Assembly: GCA_902489945.1 (NCBI GenBank)
Contig: CABUBZ010000002.1
Location: forward strand, 11,666 to 75,665
Source: an uncultured Collinsella sp.
Lineage (GTDB): Bacteria; Actinomycetota; Coriobacteriia; Coriobacteriales; Coriobacteriaceae
Direction of reading: 5' to 3'
Length of the DNA: 64,000 nt
The notes under the pieces: generated by a model
The model's input: the letters and a program-made list of their open reading frames with translations, nothing else
What the model was told of the DNA's origin: nothing
Databases searched by the model: none
Program-made: the position numbers and the translations under genes
Part shown: positions 1 through 9,074 of the stretch, piece by piece
Numbering within the stretch: position 1 is the stretch's first letter
How the letters are laid out: each line of letters begins with the position of its first letter

Positions 1-668
1 TCCGTATTGAGAGAACCATCGTACTTCAGGGTGTCGATGGCCTGCTCCAGTTGGAGTTCGCGCTTGTTGCCCGCCGCGTCGGTACGGTCATAGTCGTAGA
101 AGCGATACGTCACATCCGTAGACTGCTGCACCTCATAGGCGATAACGTTTTTGCCACAGGCATGCAGCAAGCCCGCCTCAAGGTACACGAAGTCATCCTT
201 GCGAACCTTGAGATGGCGAAGCAGCTCATCCCAGCGGCACTCATCGATATACGAACGTAAATCAGCCTCGTTCTCGGCATTGTGGCCAAACACGATACTC
301 GCATCGTCGGCCGCCTCAAGGAAATACCATGCCTCGTTCTTGCCGCTGGCATAGCCCATGGCTTTCGCATGCTCCATGTCCGGGTGCACCTGGATAGAAA
401 GGTCATCGCACGGACAAAGCATGGAAATGATCAACGGGAAGTCACGATCGGTGTCTCCAAAGAGCTGCGGCTCGCTCTTCCAGAGCTCCCCCAGGGTCTT
501 GCCCTCAAACGGTGCAGTCATGCACACGTTGGAGCCCTTGGGCTGATCGGCAAATGCCCAAGCCTGGCCAGTCTTATCGGGCATCCAGTCGTATCCGTAG
601 TAATCCTTAATCGCAGTGCCGCCCCATATGGTCTCAAAGGGGATCGGCTTAAAAAACAGCGGTTCCAT
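1..668 (-). CDS. Class I mannose-6-phosphate isomerase-like cupin (3' end runs off the window)
   Basis: Not in the ORF track; translated by hand from ATG at 668: MEPLFFKPIPFETIWGG...LSIQVHP...GKNEAWY...AGLLHA...EVQQSTDVTYRFYDYDR, typical PMI type I motifs. RBS GAAAGGA upstream. Confidence 0.85.
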   Translation of the reverse strand, partial: MEPLFFKPIPFETIWGGTAIKDYYGYDWMPDKTGQAWAFADQPKGSNVCMTAPFEGKTLGELWKSEPQLFGDTDRDFPLIISMLCPCDDLSIQVHPDMEHAKAMGYASGKNEAWYFLEAADDASIVFGHNAENEADLRSYIDECRWDELLRHLKVRKDDFVYLEAGLLHACGKNVIAYEVQQSTDVTYRFYDYDRTDAAGNKRELQLEQAIDTLKYDGSLNT

Positions 669-772
669 TCGCGTCCTTTCCGGTTAGATAAGTCGAGCGT
701 GTAAACAAAAAGCCTGGCCCGCCGCTCCGGCAGACCGGGCTCAAACTCATACCTGGTTGTCAGGTATGCGGT

Positions 773-1600
773 TTAGCAGAAGCCGATGACGCAGAGAACG
801 ATGACGACAACGATTTGTGCGCAAAGGACCTTCGTTGCGCTCCAGCCCTTCTTGCTCAGCAGGTACCAGGTACCAAGAACGGCAAGCAGCGGAAGCAGGC
901 AGGGGAAGAAGCCATCAAGGGTGTCCTGCAGTGCAATCGTGGAATCACCATTGGGAATCTGCAGCGTTGTGGTAAGTGCAACCTTGCCGGCAGCAAGCGT
1001 ACCGACGACGATGATGCCCAGGACGTTGATTGCGTTCATGATGCGCTGGGAATTCTCACCGACGAAGGTGTCGACGGCGCCCAGGCCCATCTTGTAGCCA
1101 TAGCGGAACATGCCGTAGGACAGGGCCATACCCAGGATCAGCCAGCTGACGATGTAGAACAGCGGACCGGCCGCGCTACCGTTGGCGGCAAGGCTCATGC
1201 CGATGGACAGCAGCGTCGGGACGATGATGCCCTGGATGATGGAGTCGCCCATACCGGCAATGGGGCCCATGAGCGTCGTTTTGACCGTGGTGGGGAGCTC
1301 CTCGGGAACGTCACCACCAAAAGCGATGTTCTCCTCGAGCGAGGCGACGATACCGTTAATCAGGGTACCGACCTGCGGCTCAGTGTTATAGAACTCGGAG
1401 TGGCGGGAGAGCAGGCGTGCCTTGCCCTCGGGGTCGTCCTTGTAGTACTTCTCGGCAAAGGGAATATAGGACCATGCAAAGCCATGGGACTCGAGCTTCT
1501 CGTAGGAGCGGGAGGAGAACCAACCCACCTGCCAGCGATACCACAGCTTGTTAAGGTCTTCCTTCGTAAGGTGCTTCTCAGCAGTCTTGGTCTCAGCCAT
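773..1600 (-). CDS. PTS mannose/fructose/sorbose family IID component
   Basis: SYEKLES, RHSEFYNTEP, MGPIAGMGDSI motifs; hydrophobic; in operon with IIA/B/C. Confidence 0.93.
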   Translation of the reverse strand: MAETKTAEKHLTKEDLNKLWYRWQVGWFSSRSYEKLESHGFAWSYIPFAEKYYKDDPEGKARLLSRHSEFYNTEPQVGTLINGIVASLEENIAFGGDVPEELPTTVKTTLMGPIAGMGDSIIQGIIVPTLLSIGMSLAANGSAAGPLFYIVSWLILGMALSYGMFRYGYKMGLGAVDTFVGENSQRIMNAINVLGIIVVGTLAAGKVALTTTLQIPNGDSTIALQDTLDGFFPCLLPLLAVLGTWYLLSKKGWSATKVLCAQIVVVIVLCVIGFC

Positions 1601-1618
1601 TGTGTCTACTCTCCTCTC

Positions 1619-2440
1619 TTAGAACAGGTCGGCGTCTTCGTAGGCGGCATCATCGCTCGAGGTAGCGGCAGCAGCCTCGGGAGCCTTGCCGGACGCGACG
1701 TAGATGATGTAGCAGACGACGCAGGCAATGAAGACGACAGGAATGGTGTCAAGGCCGGCGAAGGCAAGCAGGATGAAACCGAACAGGAAGAAGATCATCT
1801 GGATGTTCTCCTTGATGACAATATTCATCAGCAGAGCCACGCCGAGGGCGGGCAGAACGCCGCCGAGGACGGAGATGGTGTGCGTGACAATCTCGGGGAC
1901 GCTGGCGAGCGCGGCGTCGACAAAGCCCTTGCCCAGGTAGATGGCAAGGAAGACGGGCACGCAACGGATGAGGAAGGTGCAGATCTGGGGGATGACGATA
2001 TGCCAGGTAGTGATGCCCTTGGTGTCGCCGGCGGCAGCCGCAGCCTCAGCCTTGTGGTTGAAGGCGGAAAAGACGGCGCAGGTCAGGTTGTAGAAGATAA
2101 GGCCGAAGGTGTTGCCGATGAGCACAGACAGGGTGACGGCGACAGCCGGATCCTTGGTCGTGGCCATGGCAAGGCCGATGCCGCCGTAGGAAGCATAGGT
2201 AATCTCGGAGTTGGTAGCGCCACCGGTGGAGAGGTTGGCAATGAAGACGGCCTGAACCGCAACGCCGCAGAGAACGCCCTGCGTCACATCGCCAAACGCG
2301 AGGCCGACCAGAAGACCGGCGACCAGAGGACGACCGAGGCAGTAGAAGCTGCCCGTGGTGCCCAGCGGGTTAGCGCACTCGATAGCGCCCAGGTAGCAAA
2401 GAATGCCGCAAATGAGCGCAGGGAAGAACAATCCACTCAT
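1619..2440 (-). CDS. PTS mannose family IIC component
   Basis: RPLVAGLLVGLAFGD, GGVLPALGVALL motifs; polytopic membrane protein. Confidence 0.93.
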   Translation of the reverse strand: MSGLFFPALICGILCYLGAIECANPLGTTGSFYCLGRPLVAGLLVGLAFGDVTQGVLCGVAVQAVFIANLSTGGATNSEITYASYGGIGLAMATTKDPAVAVTLSVLIGNTFGLIFYNLTCAVFSAFNHKAEAAAAAGDTKGITTWHIVIPQICTFLIRCVPVFLAIYLGKGFVDAALASVPEIVTHTISVLGGVLPALGVALLMNIVIKENIQMIFFLFGFILLAFAGLDTIPVVFIACVVCYIIYVASGKAPEAAAATSSDDAAYEDADLF

Positions 2441-2478
2441 GAATTATCTCCTTCTTTCTTGAACGTACTTACCAGTCG

Positions 2479-2973
2479 TTAGGCAGACTGGTACTTCGCC
2501 TTGTACTCAGCCCAGCCCTTGACACCGTTGTCCGGCGTCATCTGGAACTCAATCTTGAGGCCCTGGGACTCCAGGTAATCGAAAGCCTCGACGTCCTCGT
2601 CGTTGATGACGATGGCGTTGCCCAGATTCTTGGTCCCCGGACGCGTGCCGCTAAGGTTGCCCACGTTGACAACCTGGCCGAAATCGCCACCGGCGCGCTT
2701 CAGCTTTGCGAACTCCTCGACAGAATCTGTGATGATGAAGAAGCTCTTGGGCGAGGCCTTAGCCTTCTCCAGCGCCGCAACGCCCTGCTCGATGTTGTAG
2801 ATACCGAGCTTGAGCGAACCGGCTGCTGCCTTAAGCACCTTCTTTCGCAGTTCATCGACAGCGACTTTGTCGCTGATGACGAGGATGGCATTGCAGGGCT
2901 TTGAGGCTGCCCAGCGAGTCACGGTCTGACCGTGAACGACACGGTCGTCGATACGAGCGAGCGTAATTGCCAT
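2479..2973 (-). CDS. PTS mannose family IIB component
   Basis: RIDDRVVHGQ phospho-His motif, VNVGN. Confidence 0.95.
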   Translation of the reverse strand: MAITLARIDDRVVHGQTVTRWAASKPCNAILVISDKVAVDELRKKVLKAAAGSLKLGIYNIEQGVAALEKAKASPKSFFIITDSVEEFAKLKRAGGDFGQVVNVGNLSGTRPGTKNLGNAIVINDEDVEAFDYLESQGLKIEFQMTPDNGVKGWAEYKAKYQSA

Positions 2974-2994
2974 TTCTTCTCCTTTTCCTTTCCC

Positions 2995-3423
2995 TTAGAA
3001 GAGATCCTCTTCGTCATCCGCGCTTTCTTCGGGAAGCGCGGTACCCGAAACACCATTTGCGCCGGCGCTGAGGGCGGTCTGGTAGACGGTCTCCAGATCG
3101 CAGCCGGACGAAGCGAGCACACCGGCCTCGACGAGCATGGGAAGATTCATGCCAGCGGCAAGGCGCAGATGCTCGGGGTTCGTGAGGAAGTGTGTAAAAG
3201 ACTCGTTGTAAGGGGTGCCCCCCTTGAGGTCGGCAGCGATAAGAACATCGCCTTGAGCAAGCAGCTCTTCGAGCTTGGCGGACAGGTCGGTGCGGAACTG
3301 CTCGACGCCGCCCTCGGTGGTGAGGCTAACCGCGTGAACACATGTAGCCGTGGGGGCGAACATGTGGAATGCGTCGTTCATACCCTGACAAAGCTGCCCA
3401 TGAGACACCAAAAGAATGTTCAT
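2995..3423 (-). CDS. PTS mannose family IIA component
   Basis: LLVSHG phospho-His motif, DLKGGTPYN, GMNLPML; start at 3423 chosen from RBS GAAAGG. Confidence 0.93.
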   Translation of the reverse strand: MNILLVSHGQLCQGMNDAFHMFAPTATCVHAVSLTTEGGVEQFRTDLSAKLEELLAQGDVLIAADLKGGTPYNESFTHFLTNPEHLRLAAGMNLPMLVEAGVLASSGCDLETVYQTALSAGANGVSGTALPEESADDEEDLF

Positions 3424-3439
3424 ACCATCGCCTTTCACT

Positions 3440-3655
3440 TTTAAACTTTATTTGTATTTGTTCGTAATTTGTAAATTACATATTAGACAATACGGAATTT
3501 TCTCCACTGGTCAAGCATAAATTTCCGAACATTATGGATTTCCTTGCGAACGGTAGAACATTTTTCAAATGGTTTTTGAAAACATATTTACACTTTTTGT
3601 AAAAGTCTCTATATTGAGGGCACGGCACACCGCCGCATTCAATCCGAGAGGAGTA
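3440..3655. promoter_or_regulatory. AT-rich divergent promoter region between the PTS operon and the deoC operon
   Basis: Sharp AT enrichment, short palindrome TGTAAATTACA-like at about 3465-3481, divergent gene starts on both sides. Confidence 0.55.
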
Positions 3656-3660
3656 CCCCC

Positions 3661-4392
3661 ATGAGCCGCATCTACACCTTGGACGACCTGAGCCGCCTGG
3701 TCGACCACACCAACCTGCACGCCGACGCCACCGAAGCCGACATGGCCAAGCTGTGCGACGAAGCCAAGCGCTATCACTTTAAGATGGTCGCCATCAACCA
3801 GGTTCAGTCGCGCTTCTGCGCCGACCAGCTCGCCGGCACCGACATCCACGTGGGAGCCGCCATTGCGTTCCCGCTGGGCCAGACCTCTATTGCCGCCAAG
3901 GTGTTCGAGACCCGCGACGCCATTGAGAACGGCGCCGCCGAGATCGACTACGTGGTCAACATCACGCAGGTCAAAGCCGGCAACTGGGATTACGTCAAAG
4001 ATGAGATGACTCAAATCGTCAACGTTTGCCGCAAGGCCAGCGAGGGACGAGATGAGGAGATTCCCTCCAAGGTCATCTTTGAGAACTGCCTGCTCACCGA
4101 TGACGAGAAGATCAAGCTCGCCGAGATCGCCCGCGAGGTCGAGCCCACCTTCATCAAGACTTCCACGGGCTTTTCTACCGGCGGCGCTACCGTCGAAGAC
4201 GTTCGCCTCATGAAGGCCCACTGCGGCGACAAGGTTCAGGTCAAAGCCGCCGGCGGCATCCGCGACGCCGACACGTTCCTTGACATGGTGCGCGCCGGTG
4301 CCACGCGCATCGGCTGCTCGGCAGGCATGCCCATCATCGATGAGCTGCGTCGCCGCTTTGAGACCGAGGGCGTCGATTCCATCGAGCTGTAA
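3661..4392 (+). CDS. deoC: Deoxyribose-phosphate aldolase
   Basis: [32 protein letters not shown] (Schiff-base Lys), [14 protein letters not shown]. Confidence 0.93.
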   Translation: MSRIYTLDDLSRLVDHTNLHADATEADMAKLCDEAKRYHFKMVAINQVQSRFCADQLAGTDIHVGAAIAFPLGQTSIAAKVFETRDAIENGAAEIDYVVNITQVKAGNWDYVKDEMTQIVNVCRKASEGRDEEIPSKVIFENCLLTDDEKIKLAEIAREVEPTFIKTSTGFSTGGATVEDVRLMKAHCGDKVQVKAAGGIRDADTFLDMVRAGATRIGCSAGMPIIDELRRRFETEGVDSIEL

Positions 4393-4425
4393 GCGTACGT
4401 TTATATAGAGAATGAAAGGACGCCC

Positions 4426-5376
4426 ATGAAACCTTTGAAGTTCAACCCGACCTATATCTCCCCGGTATGGGCAGGAACGCACCTGGCCGCCATCCGCGGG
4501 ATCAAGGGCGCCGACGCCGCGAACAACTACGGAGAGGCGTTCGATATCTCCGCGCACCCGAGCATCGCGACAACAATCGCCACTGGTCCGTTTGCCGGCA
4601 TGAAGCTCTCGGACGTCATCGCCGCGCATCATGATGAGATCATCGGCGATCTGCCCGATGACGCCGTGATCCAGATTACCTGGATGGACCCTATCGAGAG
4701 CCTCTCCGTGCAGGTGCATCCCACCGAGGAATACGCCCAACGTGTTGAGGGCGAGCACGGCAAGCCCGAAGCCTGGTATATCGCGGAGGCGGACCAGGGT
4801 GCCACGCTCATTGGCGGCAGCACAACCTGCAATCTCGACAAGCTTCGCGCAGCGGCGGCCGATGACACCATCGGTGATACGTACTGCAAGCGCACGGCGG
4901 TGCAGGAAGGCGATTTTGTCATGGTTCCGGCTGGCACCATGCACGCACTGGGAGCGGGTTGCCTTGCCGTCGAGGTAAGCTCGTTCGGCAACAAGACCTA
5001 TCGCCTGTGCGATTGGGGGCGCGGTCGCGAGCTGCACGTGGACAAGGCCTTCGATGTGCTCGACCCTGCAAGCGTGCCTACGGTGAACCGACTAGGCCGC
5101 TTTGAGCCCGAACACGACACCCGGGCGCAACGCGGCGTGAGCTGCCGCCAGTTTGTGTCGAACGCCGTCGATGTGAACGAAAGCTGGTCAGCCGACACTG
5201 ACGGCCGCTACCAAATCGTCACCTGCGTGTCCGGCAGCGGGCGCGTGATCACCGACGAGGGCGACGTGGATCTGGCCTACACCGAGTCTGCGCTGATTCC
5301 GGCATGCTGCAAGCGCTACACGGTCACCGGACCGTGCCGCGTGCTGCAGTCCTTCCGCCCCGGAGCCGATCTGTAG
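4426..5376 (+). CDS. Class I mannose-6-phosphate isomerase-like cupin (second paralog)
   Basis: LSVQVHP, GKPEAWY, VPAGTMHAL, TYRLCDWGR. Confidence 0.85.
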   Translation: MKPLKFNPTYISPVWAGTHLAAIRGIKGADAANNYGEAFDISAHPSIATTIATGPFAGMKLSDVIAAHHDEIIGDLPDDAVIQITWMDPIESLSVQVHPTEEYAQRVEGEHGKPEAWYIAEADQGATLIGGSTTCNLDKLRAAAADDTIGDTYCKRTAVQEGDFVMVPAGTMHALGAGCLAVEVSSFGNKTYRLCDWGRGRELHVDKAFDVLDPASVPTVNRLGRFEPEHDTRAQRGVSCRQFVSNAVDVNESWSADTDGRYQIVTCVSGSGRVITDEGDVDLAYTESALIPACCKRYTVTGPCRVLQSFRPGADL

Positions 5377-5464
5377 AATATAAACGCCGCCTCGCTCCCG
5401 CCCCCTTCGGCAGGCAGCGGGGCGGCGTTGCACTATGCATCCCCGCCCATGCAAGGAGTTCCAT

Positions 5465-6340
5465 ATGAAGAAAATGGTCATCACCGGTGCCAACGGCTAT
5501 CTGGCAAGCCTGGTGCAGCTGTTCAACAAGGATAAGTTCGAATTTACCCGTGTCAGCCGCTCCGACGTCGACTACAACGACCCCGCCGCCGTGGCCTCCT
5601 ACTTTGACGGCCTGGACTTTGACGTGCTGTTCCACACCGCCGCCAACGCCACCACCGCCGACTGCGAAAACGACCCCGAGGGCACCCACCGCGTGAACTG
5701 CGAGAGCGCCATCGAGATCGCCAAGGTCTGCCGCGCCAAGGGCCGTCGCATGATCTTCATTTCCACCGAGCAGTTGTTCAACGGCAAAAGCGAGTCCGGT
5801 CCGTTTGCCGAAGACGTCGAACCCAGCTGCGTGACGGCATACGGTCAGCAAAAGGCCGAAGTCGATGCTTGGATGCGCGAGAACACGGATGACTATGTAA
5901 TCTTACGCCTATCGTGGATGTTCGGCATGGCCATGCCCGGCATCAAGCCCTCCCCCGGCATCGTGGGTAACGTGCTTGCCGCCCTTAAGAACGACAAGCC
6001 GACGTTATTCACCTGCAACGAAAAGCGCTGCATGACATACGCCCAGCATCTTGCCGACCAGTTCGCCAAGATCTGCGAGCTGCCCTCCGGTGTCTACAAC
6101 TTTGCCAGCGCCAACAGCTTGACTACCTATGAGGCGGCCCGCATGATCGCCGGTAAGCTCGTGGGGCGCGGCCTGTTCAGCCCCGAGGACGTCGAGCGCT
6201 GCATCCTGCCCAACAAGGAGCGCTACGCGGATAGGTTCCGCGACTTCCGCCTCGACAACACCAAGACCGTTGCAGCCGGTATCGAGCTGGGAACCCTCGA
6301 GAGCGACGTCGACCGCTGCCTCGCCGACTTCGGCTGGTAA
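5465..6340 (+). CDS. RmlD-like extended SDR (NAD(P)-dependent sugar reductase/epimerase family)
   Basis: ITGANGYLA, FHTAA, FISTE, YGQQK (YxxxK), ILRLSW; RBS AAGGAG. Confidence 0.8.
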   Translation: MKKMVITGANGYLASLVQLFNKDKFEFTRVSRSDVDYNDPAAVASYFDGLDFDVLFHTAANATTADCENDPEGTHRVNCESAIEIAKVCRAKGRRMIFISTEQLFNGKSESGPFAEDVEPSCVTAYGQQKAEVDAWMRENTDDYVILRLSWMFGMAMPGIKPSPGIVGNVLAALKNDKPTLFTCNEKRCMTYAQHLADQFAKICELPSGVYNFASANSLTTYEAARMIAGKLVGRGLFSPEDVERCILPNKERYADRFRDFRLDNTKTVAAGIELGTLESDVDRCLADFGW

Positions 6341-6427
6341 CCCTACCCCCGACGTCCAACCGCCCCGCTCCCTTCTGAGCCTATCCCGTCTTGAGACGAG
6401 CGCAGACGAGCAGAAGAGGCCACGTTG

Positions 6428-7267
6428 CTACATCAGCGATAGAACCGCGTGGGCCACGCCGTCGTGGTCGTTGTCAAACTCCGTCACCGCATCCGCCACG
6501 GCCTTTACCTCGGTCGTGGCGTTTTTCATTGCGCACGCGTGTCCCACAGCCTCAAACATACCAAGATCATTGGAACTGTCGCCGAAGCCGTAAGAATCGG
6601 TGACGGAAATGCCCAGATGCCCGCACAGCCAACGGATCGCCATGCCCTTGGACACATCGTTACGCGTTATTTCGAAATTGTTGGGGTAGGACGAGACTAC
6701 GGCAATGCCGGGCATCGTCTTGAGAAACCGACCGAGCGTCTCCCCCTCCCCCGCATTGCGCCAATACAGGATCACACGTTCCACATCGGCCAGGCGGGCC
6801 ATGATCTGCTCGGGCGTCCCATCAACAGGCGTGTGCACGGCGCGCAGGGCGTCGGCCACGCGTGAATCACCTTGGCTGAATTCATCTAATCGATCATACA
6901 TGCTGCTCGGCATGAGGCAATCGCCGTCGACGAACACCTCAAATGTCACGTCGAGGTCACGGGCAAAACTCCAGATGCGCTCAGCAACCCCATTCCTCAA
7001 AGGCTCGCACATAATGGTAGTCATCCGCATACAACCGGCAGGCGTGACGTCCGAAAGTTCGGCCACCGAGGTACCACCGGAACACACGACGTAGTTTACC
7101 GCCGGATGAGCCAACAACTCACGCGGCACCCCCATAAGCGGACGGCCCGTGCAGGGCACAAATTCGATCCCGTTCTCATGCAAGACATCGAGCATCTCGA
7201 CCGTCGCCGGTGTGATCCGGTTGTCGCTTGAAAGCAGCGTTCCATCCATGTCGGAAAAAACAATCAC
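6428..7267 (-). CDS. Cof-type HAD-IIB sugar-phosphate phosphatase
   Basis: DMDGTLL, CTGR, SKG, FGDSSNDLGM; GTG start at 7267 behind GAAGGGAG. Confidence 0.9.
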   Translation of the reverse strand: MIVFSDMDGTLLSSDNRITPATVEMLDVLHENGIEFVPCTGRPLMGVPRELLAHPAVNYVVCSGGTSVAELSDVTPAGCMRMTTIMCEPLRNGVAERIWSFARDLDVTFEVFVDGDCLMPSSMYDRLDEFSQGDSRVADALRAVHTPVDGTPEQIMARLADVERVILYWRNAGEGETLGRFLKTMPGIAVVSSYPNNFEITRNDVSKGMAIRWLCGHLGISVTDSYGFGDSSNDLGMFEAVGHACAMKNATTEVKAVADAVTEFDNDHDGVAHAVLSLM

Positions 7268-7409
7268 CTTGACTCCCTTCGCAGCCTCACCATACAAAAA
7301 CAGCCGCCCGCGCAAGGCAGGCGGCCACTCCCGTCAGATGCAATCGATTCGTTTGCCCCGCTTCGGGCAAGATGCGTCAATCCGTGATCGGCACTGACCA
7401 GAACATCAA

Positions 7410-8075
7410 TTAGCGCAGAGTCTTGCGGCCGTATGCCTTATTCCAGTTCTCGGTGAATTCGGCGACGGCAATCTCGGTTCCCGGGTGATCGACCATCTGC
7501 TTAACCACATCAGGCTGCACAGTCACGGCCTGGATACCGGCAGCGATGAGCTCGTGAACCTGCTCAACGCTCTTGAAGGAAGCAGCGATGACCTTGGACT
7601 CGACGCCCTGGGCAGCAAGCATGTTGATGAGGTCGATGGTCTGGCCCACGCCATCACCATAGTTGCACATGCGGTTGACGTAAGGAGCCAAGTAATCGGC
7701 ACCGTTCAACGCAGCAAGGAAGGCCTCGTCTGCAGAGTAGATGGCAGTAGCCAGGACGTTCAGACCCTCGGCCTTGGCAGCCTTGATAGCCTTCAGGCCC
7801 TCACGTGTGACGGGGATTTTGACGTAGGTGTTCTCGGGACGCAGGCCGCAAATGTAGCGGGCCTCCTCCATGATGCCGTCGAAGTCGGCGGAAACGCTCT
7901 GGATGAAGAGCTTTTGGTCCGGACGCAGGTAGTCAACGAGCTCCTTGATGACCTCCTCGGGCTTCTTGCCGCTCTTGGTAATGATCGTGGGGTTGGTGGT
8001 CACGCCAGCAAGGTTGAGCAGCTCGTCATACTCTTTGATGGCGTTGATGTCGGCGGTGTCCAGAACGAATTCCAT
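7410..8075 (-). CDS. fsa: Fructose-6-phosphate aldolase (Fsa/TalC family)
   Basis: LDTA, GVTTNPTI, VKIP, LATAIYS, YLAPYVNR (Tyr typical of FSA rather than transaldolase), AASFKS. Confidence 0.88.
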   Translation of the reverse strand: MEFVLDTADINAIKEYDELLNLAGVTTNPTIITKSGKKPEEVIKELVDYLRPDQKLFIQSVSADFDGIMEEARYICGLRPENTYVKIPVTREGLKAIKAAKAEGLNVLATAIYSADEAFLAALNGADYLAPYVNRMCNYGDGVGQTIDLINMLAAQGVESKVIAASFKSVEQVHELIAAGIQAVTVQPDVVKQMVDHPGTEIAVAEFTENWNKAYGRKTLR

Positions 8076-8159
8076 GGGATTCCCTTTCTCTTGGGTCCTA
8101 GCGGGCGCATGCCCGTTGTGTACTATTTCAATCGATGGCGGGTCAAACGCATATCTCGA

Positions 8160-9074
8160 TCACTCTCCACGCACCACCACCTTAAGACCCTGCTGCTCGC
8201 ACAGCACGGCGGCGCGCTCAGCAGCCTCGTCAGTCACCTGATCGATGTCGGCCATGCTGTACGGCAGGCCAAGGGATGCGTATTTCGATGCCCCCAATTG
8301 ATGGAACGGAAGGATGTCGGCTCGCGCGATGCCCAGTTCGCAGATGCGACGGGCGTTGGCAAGCACGTTTTTGTCCGACGCGGTAAATCCCGGAATGATA
8401 GGCATGCGAGCCACCACGCAGGCGCCTTTCGCGAGCACGGCACGCAAGTTGGCATCGCGCACCGCCGTGTCCAACCTGAGCACCTCGAGCGAGCGGGCAC
8501 GGTCAGCAATCTTAAAATCGACCAAGAACACATCGCAAGCCCGTGCCAGACGCCCGGGATCGACGGCGAGCTTCACGGCGAGCGTAGTCTCAAGCGCGGT
8601 AGAGATTCCGGCGGCATGCATGCGCTCGAGCAGATCGAGCACCACTTCTTGTCGGACCGCGCCCGCCAAGCACTCGCCGCCCGAAACCGTGATTCCACCG
8701 CCGCTTTCCTCATAGAAAACGCGATCGCGCAGCAGCTCATCGGCAAGCGAGCCCACCGTGCGGTACCGTCCCATAAGCTCTTTGGCGGCCGTGGGGCAAG
8801 CCGCGGGGTCCGTATCGCACGGGCACCCGTTGGCGTCGCGCGTACCGTCTGCCCGCACCGAGCAACCGATGCACAGGCTTTTCTTCCACATGACCTGGGG
8901 CTCAAAGGAAAGGTTTTCCGGATTACAGCACCAGGGACACGTGAACGGGCACCCCTTGCAGAACACCACGGAACGGATCCCGCCGCCGTCATGCAGCGAA
9001 TAGCGCTGAACCTGTGTCACGCAGAGCTCGTACTCCTCGCTAGAGCACATGCTCGCTCCTGTTGATGATGTCAT
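8160..9074 (-). CDS. pflC: Glycyl-radical enzyme activating enzyme (PflC-like radical SAM)
   Basis: QRYSLHDGGGIRSVVFCKGCPFTCPWCCNPE (CxxxCxxC), SGGGITVSGGE, LPFHQLG; overlaps the end of the GRE gene; alternative start at 9050. Confidence 0.9.
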   Translation of the reverse strand: MTSSTGASMCSSEEYELCVTQVQRYSLHDGGGIRSVVFCKGCPFTCPWCCNPENLSFEPQVMWKKSLCIGCSVRADGTRDANGCPCDTDPAACPTAAKELMGRYRTVGSLADELLRDRVFYEESGGGITVSGGECLAGAVRQEVVLDLLERMHAAGISTALETTLAVKLAVDPGRLARACDVFLVDFKIADRARSLEVLRLDTAVRDANLRAVLAKGACVVARMPIIPGFTASDKNVLANARRICELGIARADILPFHQLGASKYASLGLPYSMADIDQVTDEAAERAAVLCEQQGLKVVVRGE

